DNA of 64,000 nucleotides from NCBI RefSeq assembly GCF_057098645.1, contig NZ_CM169472.1; one strand, 5' to 3'. Shown piece by piece: positions 63,497 to 64,000 of this stretch (position 1 is its first letter; each line of letters starts with the position of its first letter). The notes under the pieces were generated by a model. It saw only the letters and a program-made list of their open reading frames with translations, ran no database searches and was not told where the DNA came from. The position numbers and the translations under genes were made by a program.

Positions 63497-64000
63497 TATG
63501 CGGTCTCCCGTTTTTTACCTGACGAAGCGGGTTTAACGGATGGCGGTGGCGTCATAAAGCGGGCATATTTTTGCCGCCGTAGATTACGTTCCAGCGCACA
63601 ACGCAGGCGTCCATCAAACACCAGCACCGCCAGCAGCACGAGGCCCGCGATAAAATCGTTCCACCATGCCGGAATGCGCAACAGCACCAGTACGCTATCG
63701 ATCTGCGTCAGGAACCATGCGCCGAGTACCGCACCGATGATCGCACCGGAACCGCCGAGCAAACTAATGCCGCCCAGCACGCAGGCTGCAATTGCTTTCA
63801 TCTCCAGCCCGGTACCGGTCTGGTTGGGGATAAAACCAATCTGCGAAGCAAACACAATTCCCGCCAGTGCCGCCATGCAGCCGTTCAACGAAAATGCCAC
63901 AATGCGAATGGCTTCCGTACGAACGCCCAGTTGACGAGCGCCCTGTAAATTATCGCCCGTGGCATAAAAACTGCGTCCAAACGCTGTCTTCGCCAGCAGC
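63496..64000 (-). CDS. lsrC: AI-2 ABC transporter permease LsrC, 3' part only (5' end is outside the window)
   Basis: Hydrophobic permease frame open to the window edge; stop overlaps the lsrD start. Confidence 0.85.

Overview
The window is Escherichia coli-type chromosome in reverse orientation relative to K-12 numbering. Positions 14.0-64.0 kb are an ordinary core run: mdtJI, ydgD, asr, ynfM, ynfL, mlc, ynfK, clcB, dmsD, ynfHGFE, ynfDC, speG, ynfBA, rspAB, ydfJIZHG, dcp, ydeJ, ydeI, dgcZ, mgtS, ydeE, eamA, marBAR/marC, ydeA, yneKJ, sad, glsB, yneG, dgcF, uxaB, yneE, tam and lsrGFBDC. Positions 1 to about 13,470 are the right-hand 13.5 kb of an integrated mobile island whose left junction lies outside the window. 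It encodes a P4-type tyrosine integrase (3' end only), AlpA, an Icd-like protein, an AAA_25/RepA-like replication ATPase followed by an iteron array, an SSB-like protein, a PerC-like regulator, and a complete HK97-type head and packaging set (major capsid, prohead protease, portal, head closure, head-tail connector, HNH endonuclease, TerS, TerL). It has no tail, baseplate, tail-fibre, lysis or cI-type repressor genes. I read this as a tail-less, self-packaging phage satellite of the capsid-forming PICI type; that class assignment is inference from gene content, not a database hit. The right junction falls inside tqsA, leaving only its first ~46 codons beside mdtJ. All calls are from reading the sequence and recalled family knowledge; no searches were run.
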